Assembly: GCF_000400465.1 (NCBI RefSeq)
Contig: NW_008806284.1
Coordinates: forward strand, 20,001 to 82,000
Length of the DNA: 62,000 nucleotides
Origin: Wallemia ichthyophaga EXF-994
Lineage: Eukaryota; Fungi; Basidiomycota
Direction: 5' to 3'
Part shown: positions 10,372-22,170 of the stretch, piece by piece
Position numbering within the stretch: the stretch's first letter is position 1
Layout: each line of letters begins with the position of its first letter
Made by a program: the position numbers and the translations under genes
Notes under the pieces: generated by a model
What the model was told of the DNA's origin: nothing
What the model saw: the letters and a program-made list of their open reading frames with translations, nothing else
Databases searched by the model: none

Positions 10372-12645
10372 ATGGCTATGGTGGGTGATATGGATATGGG
10401 CGTTATACACGCGTCTAATCGCAGCAAACAGGACGATATACACAACATAGTCACTGATAGCGTACAAGGCATCCTCACCGATGACGGCATCCCCGCTAGC
10501 CAGCTCCCAGATATCATCTCCAATCTCGCTCGAGACGGCCACCTCTCCAACTTTATCACCAAAGAGACGCTTGAGAATGTGAAGCACTTTGCCAGCACAG
10601 ACAGACTCAACGCGACATATGTCAGCCTCGATGGTTTGCTTTCTCTTATCGACTCTCTTCTCGTGTCCTCGCCAAAACAAGACAGCCTGCTCGATGAGGA
10701 GCCTCTCGACGAAATAAGCTTTATACAGAATATGGGTGATAGTCCTGTCACTAAAGATAAGGCTAAGGACGGCGTTACCCCAAAAATTAGTCGCACCAAC
10801 AAATTCAAAAGACCGAAACCAGCGCGTAAATTCGTCAGATCCAACTCGAGCTATACCGATACCAGTGACTACTACTCGTCTGACAATGATAACGATTTCG
10901 CTCTGCACTCTCCAACCAGCTCGCCGCCCCAGACACCAAATATCGACAACAAGGAAAATCTAAGCGGGTTTGACGGGCTGATGCTGTCGAATGCACCCTC
11001 TAACAACGCCTTATCGAATGTAGGTTGTTTTAGGTCAATATGAGGCAACTGACTCACTTCCTCAGGACGCTCTGATACACACCCAGAACCAGATCAAGGA
11101 TCTCGAGAAACGTAACGCGGATCTCGAGAAAAGGCTCAAGGAAGCTGAACGTTCGTACACGCAGACGACCAGTCAGAACGAAGACTATATATCCATCATG
11201 GAAGACCAGCTCAAGGAGGTAGGTCGTGTGGTGATGTGGGTTTAAAAGTGTCTAACGCACTCCCAGAATGATGCCAAGCTGGAAGCACTCGTGCGCGATG
11301 AGAAAGATTTGCGAGCAAAGGACCGCCAGAACATGTTCACTATCAACAAGCTCGAGCATGATATTGCAACATACCAGCGTCAGGCTGAGTCCGCGCGTAT
11401 CCAGGCTAGTAGTCTGCAGAGCCAATTGGGGGATGTGAATGGTGGGTGAAGCCTGCAGTGTGCATAGTGAGTGTTAATCACGCCATCCAGATGAAATCGA
11501 TTCCCTCCGAGATAGCCTCCGCGATAAGGACAGGGATGTTCGCGAAGCGCGTAGCAGGGCTGACAAATACGAGCATGAAATGGGCAAAGTGGGTGCTTGA
11601 TCATTCGAGTTTTTTCCTTTCTTACACTGACCAGTGGGAGAATGAGCGGAAGGGGTACGATGATGCACTCCAGCGCATCAAAACACATCTCGATGTGGCG
11701 AGGAAATCGGAGCGCGTGCTGGAGGTGCAAAAGACTGAGAATCTCGGATTGAAAGTGGGTGTTCTGTGCACGACATACTCCATACTAACACACCCTTCGC
11801 AGGAAACAATAGACAGACTGCGCGGTGATCTCAGCCATCAACTCGCCTACAACGGGAGTGGAAGTGGAGGGGCAGACGAGACGGGTGGACAGCTCGGCAG
11901 TGTGTCGCGTAATCTTGGCAAAGAGCTAGCGCGGCAGTTAACAGAAGACGGCGAGCATGATAATCAAAACCCCACTAACGCTCGCACTCGGCATGAATTG
12001 GGCGAGGGCGAGATTGAAACTATCGTTACTACGCGAAGAAGGAAAGTGAAACCAAGTGTGGAAGTGGCCGTTGGAGTTGGCTCGAAGGAGGGCGGTACCG
12101 CAGAGCATCATGGCTTGGAAGAAGCACAGGCAGACGCAGAACCTGCCATCGAATCACCTCCGCCGTACTCCCAGGGCCAGGCTGGATTTGAGTATGTTGA
12201 CGACGTACGCAAGGTGTGTAGCCGCGGAGTGCAAGTATCTGTAAATAGTCGGGGTGTCGATACGCAGACGGAAGTGGACAGTCAAGCGGAAATTAACGAT
12301 GGAAGCAAACGTGCCGATAATGAAAAAGAAACGAAAGGGAAAACTATATGGAGTAAATTATACGCCATATTCAAAATATCAAGTAGAAAACCAAACGTTA
12401 TACCTATATACTCCACCATAGTATTCCTGTGTGGGATGATTGGCGGTGCGTGGATACTGCCGTCGACGACAAGCTCCGTTGAGTCGCTCAGGACGGTGTC
12501 GGGGGTAGATGAGAGAGCCATGTTCGTCGCATACAACACATTCGAAGGCGCTACTTGGTTCCTAAACACTGATAATCGCCTCGTTCACTTTATTCAGAGC
12601 GTCGTGTGGAGCGGCGTAGACACGTCTCAGCTATTCCCGGCGTAG
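10372..12645 (+). CDS. Coiled-coil protein with a single C-terminal TM helix and a short tail ending in -FPA; possible KASH-like nuclear-envelope protein, about 5 exons
   Basis: Exons joined by GT-AG introns near 11030-11066, 11218-11267, 11446-11490 and an in-frame one at about 11755-11802. Heptad-rich middle, TM IVFLCGMIGGAWIL, tail ...VVWSGVDTSQLFPA. The function is inferred. Confidence 0.55.
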
Positions 12646-12899
12646 TGTAGACTATTGGCTATGACTTATGCATTCATGTTACCAAGACTGACAGTCAGCT
12701 GAATGAGGTGGAGATATGAAATGCTTGTTTGAATGACGTTACAAATGCTATAATTTAGCTGCTGGTTGTTTATTAGAGTAAGAAATTTGCAGAGAGATGA
12801 AATTAATCAAGTTGAGAGAGTAATAGTAATAGTCCAGTTGTAGATCTAAGAAAAGGCGGAAGAGGTCCTGGTTGGAATTGGCCAAAGCAGCAGCAGCGT

Positions 12900-13513
12900 C
12901 TAGATGAGGCATCCGACGGCAGTGAGGAGGAGAGCAGCGGCAGCAGTAGCGACGCCGGTGTGAGTAGCTGAGCTATCGTCGTCGTCGGTGTTGTCGCCGT
13001 CGCCATCGTTATTATTGTTAGGGTTAGTAGGGCTAGGCGAGGCAGTTGACGAAGAAGATGGAGTGTAGTTCTCGCTGAACGAGCTAGCCTGCGATGGGCT
13101 GAAGTTGGCGAAAGCTTTACCGTAGACTTGCGCTTGGGCCGAAAGGTTGAAACCGCCGTTGCTCAAACAGTCGACACATTCGTCGTTGCTGTTGAGTGTG
13201 TGCACCATTTCGGGATACACACACGAGTAGTATTCGGTAGTGTTGCCATTCGCGCTGTCGTGGCAATCGAGGTCTGATTGACGGAAATTCGAGCACGAGT
13301 TGTCGTAGCAGTTGCTCAGCTGGTCGTTGTGCGATGGGGTGACTGTATCCGTGGCGTCCGTGTCTGCTGAGGCGTCCGTGTCTGCGGAGCCGGTGTTGCT
13401 GCCGTCTGCAAGTGCAAATTAGTTGTCTGTGCCTGTGCGCAACAAGCCCACTTACCCTGAGCAAGAACACCAGTGAGGAGAAGGGCTGTAGAGAGAAGAG
13501 CTGTGATTTGCAT
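12900..13513 (-). CDS. Small secreted, Cys-containing, Ser/Thr/Asp-rich probable GPI-anchored cell-wall protein, 2 exons
   Basis: Signal peptide MQITALLSTALLLTGVLAQ; domain with about 6 Cys (CYDNSC, LDCHD, YSCVY, ECVDC); S/T/D linker; hydrophobic C-terminus AAAALLLTAVGCLI*. Confidence 0.8.
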
Positions 13514-13632
13514 AGTCCTTGTATAAGAGTTGCTTGTGTTGGTTGTTACACTGCAAGAAGCCCCTGCACAGCCATTCTATTTAAATTTCGGCGGACAAAG
13601 TTCTGTGCATAAAAGACAGGGTATGTGCGCGG

Positions 13633-13672
13633 CAGCTGGCAGCTGGCAGGTGCAAGTGGCAGCTGGCAGGTG
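13633..13672. promoter_or_regulatory. Cluster of six CANNTG (E-box) hexamers upstream of the GPI-protein gene
   Basis: CAGCTG at 13633, 13640 and 13660; CAGGTG at 13647 and 13667; CAAGTG at 13653; about 7-bp periodicity. Confidence 0.45.
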
Positions 13673-13989
13673 ACAATGCGTGGCTGGTGTTTGCGCTTTT
13701 CCTTGTGCTTCTATTGCTTTTCTTGAGGCTGGTTCCTGAACGTACCCACTGAAACGATGCTGTGCTGTGCTGGCCATGTCGCCGATTAGAGGGTGGCGAG
13801 TGGATGAGTGGGTGCATGAGCGTGAGTGTGAGTGAGAATAACAAGAACAATATGGATATGCATATGAATTGCCCACAAGAAGACGCTAGGTCTCTCGGTG
13901 AATGAAACACCATCAGCGACTACAACGCCACGAATATTTTGTATTATTTATACATCTAATCCAACACACCTTGTTGCCGTCATACAACC

Positions 13990-14897
13990 ATGCGTCTAGC
14001 GATAATCGGCGGAAACGGATTCCTGGGCTCAGCGATAACGAAAGCCGCGGTCGGGCGCGGTTGGCAAGTGAGCAGCGTGAGCCAATCTGGGCGGCCATAT
14101 GCGTCACCGTCAGGCCACGCGCCGAAATGGACGAGCAGGGTGGGTGAGCGGTGCGAGAGGTGCGACGCACGCTAAACTAGCTGGACACACAGGTAGAGTG
14201 GCACCGCGGCCATGTGTTGGACGCGGAAACGTACCGGGAAGTGATAGCGGAGAGCGATGCGGTAGTGCACACGCCGGGTATACTGCTCGAATCTGACTAC
14301 AAGGGGGGAGTTATGGGTGCACTGAATGCACTGTGGCACTCGCACCAGCCCCCAAACCCGCTAAGTGGGGGACAGTACGAGCGGGTGAATAGAGACGCGG
14401 CTATGACGGTGTCTGGAGTGTTTCAAAAGACCAGAAGCGGCTCATCTGTAGATAACCCGTTCGTTTATGTCTCGGCAGCTGATGTATTCAGACCGCTGAT
14501 ACCGGCACGGTACATTTCAACTAAGAGGGAGGCGGAGGAGTGGATTGCTGGACTGGACGGTGTTAGAGCGGTGAGCCTCAGGCCGGGACTCATGTACCAT
14601 CCTCACACTAGACCGCTGTCGACCATTCCAGCGACGCTGATTGATGGACTCAATCATCTGACTAGGTGCGGCGAGGCGAATGCAAAGAGCATCCAACACA
14701 CGCAGCACATGCACTCATCACAATCATCACAATCATCACAATCCTCACAATCCTCATACAGCATTCTCAACTTGCTCCACACAAATGCTCTGCATATCGA
14801 CACAGTCGCAAACGGGGCACTCGAAGCTATCGCAGACAGCAGCGTGAGGGGGGCGCTGAGTGTGGAGGCCATCAAAGCGCTAGCCTGGAAGAATTGA
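13990..14897 (+). CDS. COQ11: NAD-dependent epimerase/atypical SDR, Coq11-like, 2 exons
   Basis: Rossmann motif IIGGNGFLGS; VSSVSQSGRP; KWTSR|VEWHRG; DAVVHTPGILLESDYK; FVYVSAAD; RYISTKREAE. Confidence 0.82.
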
Positions 14898-14989
14898 GTG
14901 GAGAGAAAAGAATAAAATTTTACATATTTGGTCATATTTGATCATTGCGTGGTATTTGTGCTATTGATAGGCATATTCAGCGAGCGACG

Positions 14990-15832
14990 ATGAGAGTAAG
15001 GGGGATTGTTGAGAAGGGTAGACGCAGCACTCACGCGTGCTACAAGGAATGGCTCAATGTGCTACAGTACCGCACGAACCACAAGAAACCAGGGCGGCGG
15101 AAGAGGAGGGCGAGTGAGACGTCCAAAGACAGCGATAGTGAGGGAGGCGATGGCGATCGGGGGCTATCCAGCAAGCACCTCAACAAGCTCAAGCCGCTGC
15201 TCATGTCCAACTGTTCCGACACGCCTCTGCACATGAGTGGGGTGAGCATCGACACCAACACCAACTTGCACACCACGCTCGGCACTCCGCACGACACGGT
15301 GGATGAGAGTATTGGCGAAAAGGTCGAGAAGATGGCTCTGCGCGCGAAAACCAGAGCGTCTCTACCGCCTCCCAACAAGCTGCACTTGCAGAACACACAT
15401 GCTTACGACTTGGCGAAACTGTCAGAGCTGCGCGATAGTGACGAGAATTACGAGAAAGTTCACCGCGTAGCTCGCAAAGAGTGTAATAGACACTGCGCGG
15501 ATTGTCGAACACCAACACCGCTCTGGGCAGTGTATGCACTGCATGGCCAACCTATCGTACTGTTCATCTGCATACAGTGCTCAGGTTGGCACAGGTCGCT
15601 TGGTAGTCATATATCCAAAGTTAAGAGCGTCGAGTTGGATGAGTGGTCTGCTGAGCTTATCGATCTTGCGGAACGCACTGGGAATGTCGTGGGCAATAAG
15701 CTTTACGAAGCAACACTCCCAACCGCCCAAATACCCTCCCCTTCTTCCTCCACTTCAATAGATGTGGGCGAGTTTATTAGGAATAAATACCTCGATCGGT
15801 TGTGGGTGAGTGGGCGCGAGGAGGATAGATAG
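14990..15832 (+). CDS. ArfGAP zinc-finger domain protein
   Basis: CADC...FICIQCSGWHRSLGSHISKVKSVELDEW...GNVVGNKLYE...FIRNKY. First ATG at 14990; the ORF track starts at an upstream TTG. Confidence 0.85.
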   Translation: MRVRGIVEKGRRSTHACYKEWLNVLQYRTNHKKPGRRKRRASETSKDSDSEGGDGDRGLSSKHLNKLKPLLMSNCSDTPLHMSGVSIDTNTNLHTTLGTPHDTVDESIGEKVEKMALRAKTRASLPPPNKLHLQNTHAYDLAKLSELRDSDENYEKVHRVARKECNRHCADCRTPTPLWAVYALHGQPIVLFICIQCSGWHRSLGSHISKVKSVELDEWSAELIDLAERTGNVVGNKLYEATLPTAQIPSPSSSTSIDVGEFIRNKYLDRLWVSGREEDR

Positions 15833-16175
15833 ATGCGTGTGTAGGTGAGTGTGTGGTTAAGTGCATTTGCACACATGCACACATGACACAATACATAACA
15901 CATAGTAATAATTGTATACCACTACCATGATAATATTAAGAGTTCATATAATGGACAAAATATGGATTATTATGCAAAAGCGCTGCTCAGAACCACCCAT
16001 TTACCCCAAACTTCTTGCGCGAGGCCCACAGATAGTTGCATGTGTCGGAACATGTATAGATGGATATACTTACATATCCATACGCACACTTGTTAAAAGC
16101 AAAGTAATAATCGTTTGTCACTACCATGATAAGAGCATATGTAATAGATCTAGGCAAATTACACAAAAGCACCCC

Positions 16176-18876
16176 TCAGAACCACCCCTTCATCCCCCAC
16201 TTCTTCTCCTTCTTGCGCTCAGCTTCGTGCTGCTTAGCCATGACTTTATCAATTTCCTTCTGCTCTTTCCTGAGTTTCTTGTCGTCTTTCTTCTCAGATT
16301 TCTTGTCTTTATCTTTCTTCTCAGGCTGTCTCGCCTTATCCTTGTTTATATCGTCGACTGGGGTGGGTGGAAGTGCAGGCTTAACTTCATCACTCCAATA
16401 CTTGCGATCGTAACCCTGTTGGAGGTTAGCCAAGTAGCGATGTTGTGCCTGTTCAGGGGAGAGATCAGGAGTCTCCTGTCTATTTTTATCCGAGAGTTGC
16501 GAGTGCGGGTCGTGCATATATCGGTCAGGTTTATTTAAGGCGGTGGAAGTACCCGCGAATGTCTTCTGCGCGTCATTGGCAGTAGCTAACGACGACGCAC
16601 CCTCTCCATACACATACCCCGTGTCGAGATTGCGCACGTTGTCGAGGAAGCGTGTTGGGGTTAGTATGTCGGTAGATCCTGTGTGAGTGTGAGTGTGTAT
16701 TCAAGTGCTATTACGCATTATGCATTGTGCACTTTGCACTCTGCACACCGCTCTCTCTTCACCCACCTATCAATACATCCCGCTGGTGTGTTTCACAAAC
16801 CTCATAAACACTCTGCACCTCGCTATATGTCATACCACCACAGACGTAAACGAGAATTTTGTTGCGGGTTTGTTGTGTGTTTTGTGTTGGGGTAAGACCG
16901 CGGGTTGATCCACCATTTCCATTCACGCTGGCGTTGGCATTCGTATTGCCTTCCACACTACCACTCCCGCCCCCTCCACTCACGTAGGACGCACTACGCG
17001 AGGCAGATGCCCAGGTCGCGCGAGCTGAGCGCAGGCTGCCTTGGGAGGGCGCTGGTGTGGTTGAGAGTGAGGAGGGAGATGAAGAGCTAGTAGCGGGGTG
17101 GGATTGAGAGTGAGGAGCGTTGCGAGGCCGTGAGTGAGAATTTGAGGAGCGTAGACTGAGGTTGCTGCTGCCACTGCCATTACCAGAAGGTGGTTTAAGA
17201 GAGTCTCCTGACGCATCAGCACCACCACCCTCCTCCACCCCATCCAGCCTGCTAAAGACACCCGTGTCGAGCTTGCCGTGTATTAGATCGGTGAGGGTGG
17301 TTTTGAGTGCGGGGATATATCTGCTCGTATCGTACGCATCGTCGTCCGACTTGCCCTTGTATTTGTATCGCCTGAATGCTTGCTGCTCGCTATCATTTTT
17401 GTTGACGCGCACACCTATATAGACAAGGTTATCGATGGCTTTGTGGTCATTTGGAGCCAACCGAGCATGCTGGTAGAGCCTCCTCTTATCCTCATCGCTG
17501 ACGCCATCTTTGAAGAGAATGTAGAGAGCAATGATGCGAATTTTGTCGCGGTTGAGGAGAGTGGGGTGGTCGAGGAGAGGTACCATCTGTTCTATGAGAT
17601 GGCGAGGTGTGCGATTATCGGCGGTTAGACCAGTCGCGCAGCATTGCTCGACGTCTGAGACTTGCATGAGGTTGCGATTGTTCACCTCACCCATAAGCTG
17701 GTCGGAGAGAGTGGTGTGGATGTACGCCTTGTCTTTTATGTCGGCGTGATCTGTCAACCCAGCTAACATACCCCTCAGACCATCCAAACCACTTGCATTC
17801 TTTAGGTCCTGATCTGCTCTTTCTGCCTGACGGGCTAACTCACCCACTTTGTCAATAGCATCTTTTAGGTGAAGGTGACGGATATCACACCAGATAGAGT
17901 CAGAGTAGTCGGATAAGGGGTGTTGCTTGGTGAGACCTTGTGATTGGCTGGATTTGTAGGAGAAAATGGGTGGAATAGAACAAGAGTCAAGGGAGCGTTG
18001 TGTGAGCAGATCGTTTGTGAGGGATTGGTAGGAGAAGTTATGGAGAAGGGGGAGCGCGAGGTCTAGAGTACGATCAGTGATGAGGAGGGTAGGGTTGGTT
18101 GCTGAGTTAGCCAGACCAAAGTCGTGGTTGTCGCGCTTGATCTGGGTTAGTTGTTTGGACAGAGCCACAGCAACTCTTCTCGCCACGCCAGAACCCTTTT
18201 GAGAGGAAGAGAAGGAGGATTTCCAAGAGGATTTCTTTGGGATTGGAGGGGAAGGGTTTGAGTTGAGGTAGTTGCCCGTTGAGGTAACTGGAGTTGCATA
18301 GGTGCCAACACCGTTGATAGAATTCTGGTATAAGATGATTGGGTGGATGTTTAGAGCGAGTAGGATATTCTCAAGGGATTTAACAGTTAGGGCCACTTGT
18401 AATTCACTTGAAGGGTAGTTGGTTGGTTGTGAGTAGTAACTGTGAAATGCACTGGGTTGATTTGTAGAGAAAGCCCGTGATTCAACTATAGTGTAGTTCA
18501 AAGGGATTTCCTTGAGAGTTACTAGCTTTGGTATAACACCACTGTTGATTATTTTAAATTCAAGTGATTTTGAAAGGGAGTCAAGGAGGTATAAGTGATT
18601 CTGATATGGTGATTGGGAGATGCACCTAATGACCCTATCAATTGAATGGGTTGTTGGGAGAATAAAGAATATTTTATCGAATCCATTTTCATTGTAATTG
18701 TTAACGATATCTTCCAATAATACTATTTGAGTGATTGATAGTTGTAATATCTCACTTAAAGGCATTATACTTAGTAAAATATCTCTGCTTGGAATATCAC
18801 ATATCAACTCCCTCCATCCACTCCCCTTCAAAACCCTCACAACCATCTCCTTTTTTATTTCGTTCAAGTTGGTCAT
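16176..18876 (-). CDS. SEC1: SM-family exocytosis protein Sec1; the 16176-16637 ORF is its last exon (intron about 16763-16678)
   Basis: LLITDRTLDLALPLLHNFSYQSL, EQCCATG, VYVCGGMTYSE. Splicing restores the conserved DVLIG|STDILTPTRFLDNV and adds a basic tail ending KKWGMKGWF*. Confidence 0.92.
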
Positions 18877-18893
18877 CGTTGTTATAAACCACC

Positions 18894-20913
18894 ATGAGTA
18901 ATTCTAATTTACCAGATTTCTTTAAATCAAATTCAAAACCCAATAATAACTTTAAATCAATTTGGAATAATAACGACGCTTTACCCACACTTTCCTTTAC
19001 AGATTCTTTGAATTCTTTTAACCAATTGGATTTGAATGGCACTAATAATGTCATTGACAATAATAATGTCATTGATACTGGTACTGTCATTAACACTGGT
19101 ACTGCCATTGATAATCCCACTCCCTCTCACTCCCTCAACGCTACTCCTCAGCTTCATCAGATACATCCACAGCCATACAATCCCACCCACACTCACCCAC
19201 AGATGCACTCACAAACACCCCCTACAATTCCTCCCACTCTCCCCACTCCCCCCTCCACCGATCAAATCATCCGCCACCAAGAACTACAGGACCTCAAAAG
19301 ACGCAGAAAAGCTATAAAAATTAGCTCCATGTCCAATTACAATCACTTAATGACCCCCTCCGACAAATCTTACATCCTGAGAATTCAACTCAGCTCACTA
19401 GCAACCGCTGACCCCTACACCGACGACTTTTACGCTCAAATCTACTCAATTCTTATGCGTAAGAATCAAGGTGTTCTCAACGTTGGTGGTATGGCTCTCT
19501 CCGTCGCTGCTGGCTCTACCCACTCCGGCATCGGCATCGGCGCTGCTAAAAAGTTACGCGATCAAATCGATAAAATTGTCAGATCAAAGAGGCAGAATCA
19601 GCTAGACGATAAAAACAATCTCAACCAAGAAAACTCCCTCGTCGGCGCTCTAGGCACATCCACTAAAACTAATTCCAGAGCCCCAAGACAGGTACTTCAA
19701 ATCGATTCTGACATTTCCTCCGAGTCAACAAAGGCTTCCGCAATAGATGTCCTCTCCTCCCTTCAGAAAGGTTACCCCATCTCTTCCAACTCGTCAAACT
19801 CCCCTCAACCCCCACTCACACGTCGTCAGTGTCTGATGGCTTCTGAGAAGCTGTACGATCATGTACTCGCTCTTGAAAGTCTTGCCAGGTCTAAACCGAA
19901 TGAGTCACCCACTGAGCAAGTCAATGAAGAAGATCATGTACAATCCACCCAAGCCTGGCAATCACAATACGCCAACCACATTGACGCTGTGTGGAAGGGG
20001 TTGAGAGTGATGGAGCCGCTCGAACTATCCAATCCTCATCCCTTCATCTCCTTAATCGCCCTCCCCAAAACATCCAAGCTCCTCCCCAGAGCAACTCGAC
20101 ACCTCGACCACCAACAAATCCTCACTATCAACACTCTCATCATTGCGTGTTTCTCCCAACTCCTCTCTCTCCAAGATAGCTGTGGTAGTTTTGTCGAAGC
20201 TTTCTTGAGTGGTGTGGTGCCGCAATTTATGAGTATGATTGCTGGCGTTAGTTTGCGCCTGGTGGCTGGAATGCTTGCGTTGTTTGTTGAGCGCAACGAT
20301 GTCGTAACTGTGGCGCAGTCTAAGGTGTGCATTTGGCATTTCAGCTTCTCGCTTCATCTCATTCTAACATAACCCTCCACAGCCCGGTCTAGCCTTCCTC
20401 ACCATCCTACTCAGCAGAGCTGAGATACTCAAGCAGATCCCGCTTGGTGTCGAGCAGGCACCTGCGCCTGAAGAGACAGCTCAATGGTGGGTATACCCTT
20501 AGATTAGCGCTCAGCCAAACTAACACTCCTCTCACTCACACAGGGACCAGATCTTCTCCCTCTTCTTGCACAAACTCCTCACTCACCTCCCCCACCTCTT
20601 CCCTTCGCAGCGCGAGAAAGCTGCGCGCGGGTTTGGTGGAGTGCCTGGTGTGCCCGCCGTTGACACCCACACCACCACTCTCCTCCTCGACAACGACGAT
20701 GAGAGCGTGTGGCGCTTCCTCGCGGCTATTGCACTCAACAGCGATAACATCCAGCAATCTTCCCTCGTGCAAGACGTGCGTGATGTCGTCCATGAAAACG
20801 TAGTCTCGGCTCAACAAGCTTGGGTACCTGCGCAGAGTGCTCATAAGAGGATAAGCAACGTTAACGTCTTTTTGCATGCCCTCGGCTTGGATGTCAGTCA
20901 GTTGGGTGTATAG
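18894..20913 (+). CDS. PAT1: mRNA decapping activator Pat1, 3 exons
   Basis: YNHLMTPSDKSYILRIQLSSLATADPYTDDFYAQIY, RAPRQVLQI, SNPHPFISLI, PGLAFLTILLSRAEILKQ, VNVFLHALGLD. Confidence 0.9.
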
Positions 20914-21010
20914 GGTCTGTAAACGGTTATTTGTAGTTTGTGCAATGTGCCTTGCCATCGTTGCTCACTGCTAATATATTACAATGAATATTTATCATTT
21001 AAGTCATTAT

Positions 21011-22170
21011 TTATCTTCCTTTACCTCCTGACACACGTTTCTGGAACACGCCATGTCTCATAATTTCATCCTTCCGTTGGAAAGTTGCATAAATTGCTTG
21101 AATTGCTTGAATTGAAACAAGAATCTGTTTCCTTATCGAGATTGCTAAAACTAAGATGAAAGATGACCAAGCCACATTCGGATGGAAGTACGTCCATTGA
21201 CCAGTAGCGCACACTCTCTACAAGCCCCGACATTAGTCAAGAAACATTATCTGTAATTCTGCACCTCTTTAAAATCTTTGCACTTTAAGAAGTTTTGATG
21301 GACGCAGTTTAAATGTCTTAACATTAAATTCAGATTTCATCAACACATTCGTTTACAAGATAGTTTACATCGTTTATCTACATGACTAAGCTACATCGTC
21401 ATATCGATAATACGACTAAATAAGTATTTTGTTTGCTTTGGTGGGCGGCTCGAGAAACGGTAGTTGCAGTAATCAATGCTCTTACCCCACAACTCTTCCT
21501 TGCTAGAACCAATTGACTGAAACTTTTCCACCATTTGAGGGTAGTTGTATGCTGGAGATCCTATTACAACTAGCCCACCCAGCTCCAGCGTGACTTGTTG
21601 TGAGTGTACTTCATAATCTCTTAACGGTTTTCGTGAAAGCTTGATGATCTCGAGAGCATCATTTAAGAATTTTATAGCATTCAGGAAGAGGAATCTCATG
21701 GACAGATAACGACCTGGATGCAGTTGCTGTGTGAAACAAACAGTCACGCCAATAGTATTCTAAATGGTTTGTTAATTGCTTTTGAAGGATGCTATGCGAA
21801 TCACTTTTAACGAATCAGGACCGTCAACCTGTGGACGGATAACATCGTTTATGTACGCGTCTGTATCAAAGCTAACAGACTTCTCGTATGCATCCAGGCC
21901 AACGTCAAGTCTCATTTCATGCATTTTAATCTCATCGCTCACACGCGCGTGCACCGCTGAAATTTTTGACAGTACTCCATGTCACTGCTGTTGCTATTGG
22001 GCTACTACTATTTAAGATATTCTCTATCCTTATTGTCAACGATGTTTGATTTAAACCTTGTCAGAACCTTTATCGATATCAGAATTACACACCTCTTGAG
22101 AGCATGCAGTCGACTAGCGAATCTCACAAAGGCTCTAACAACCTCCAATGCCTCTCGAGGAGCGGCTTTA
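21011..22170 (-). CDS. Putative multi-exon gene of unknown function in an AT-richer island (model uncertain)
   Basis: Minus-strand ORF pieces can be joined in phase by GT-AG introns, e.g. ...GPDSLK|NTIGVTVCFTQQLHPG... No recognisable family; exon count and ends are uncertain. Confidence 0.3.

Noticed and set aside
10306-10908. 200-aa and 159-aa minus-strand ORFs
   Set aside because: Antisense to the first exon of the coiled-coil/TM gene; no motifs.
14716-14757. (TCATCACAA)n tandem repeat
   Set aside because: An in-frame SSQ low-complexity insert in COQ11; an ordinary coding microsatellite.
15912-16538. 208-aa hydrophobic plus-strand ORF
   Set aside because: The hydrophobicity comes from reading the Lys/Glu-rich SEC1 tail antisense; TTG start.
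16176-16637. Separate 153-aa gene suggested by the ORF track
   Set aside because: It is the terminal exon of SEC1; splicing restores IG|STDILTP.
20536-20958. 140-aa minus-strand ORF
   Set aside because: Antisense shadow of the PAT1 last exon; no family features.
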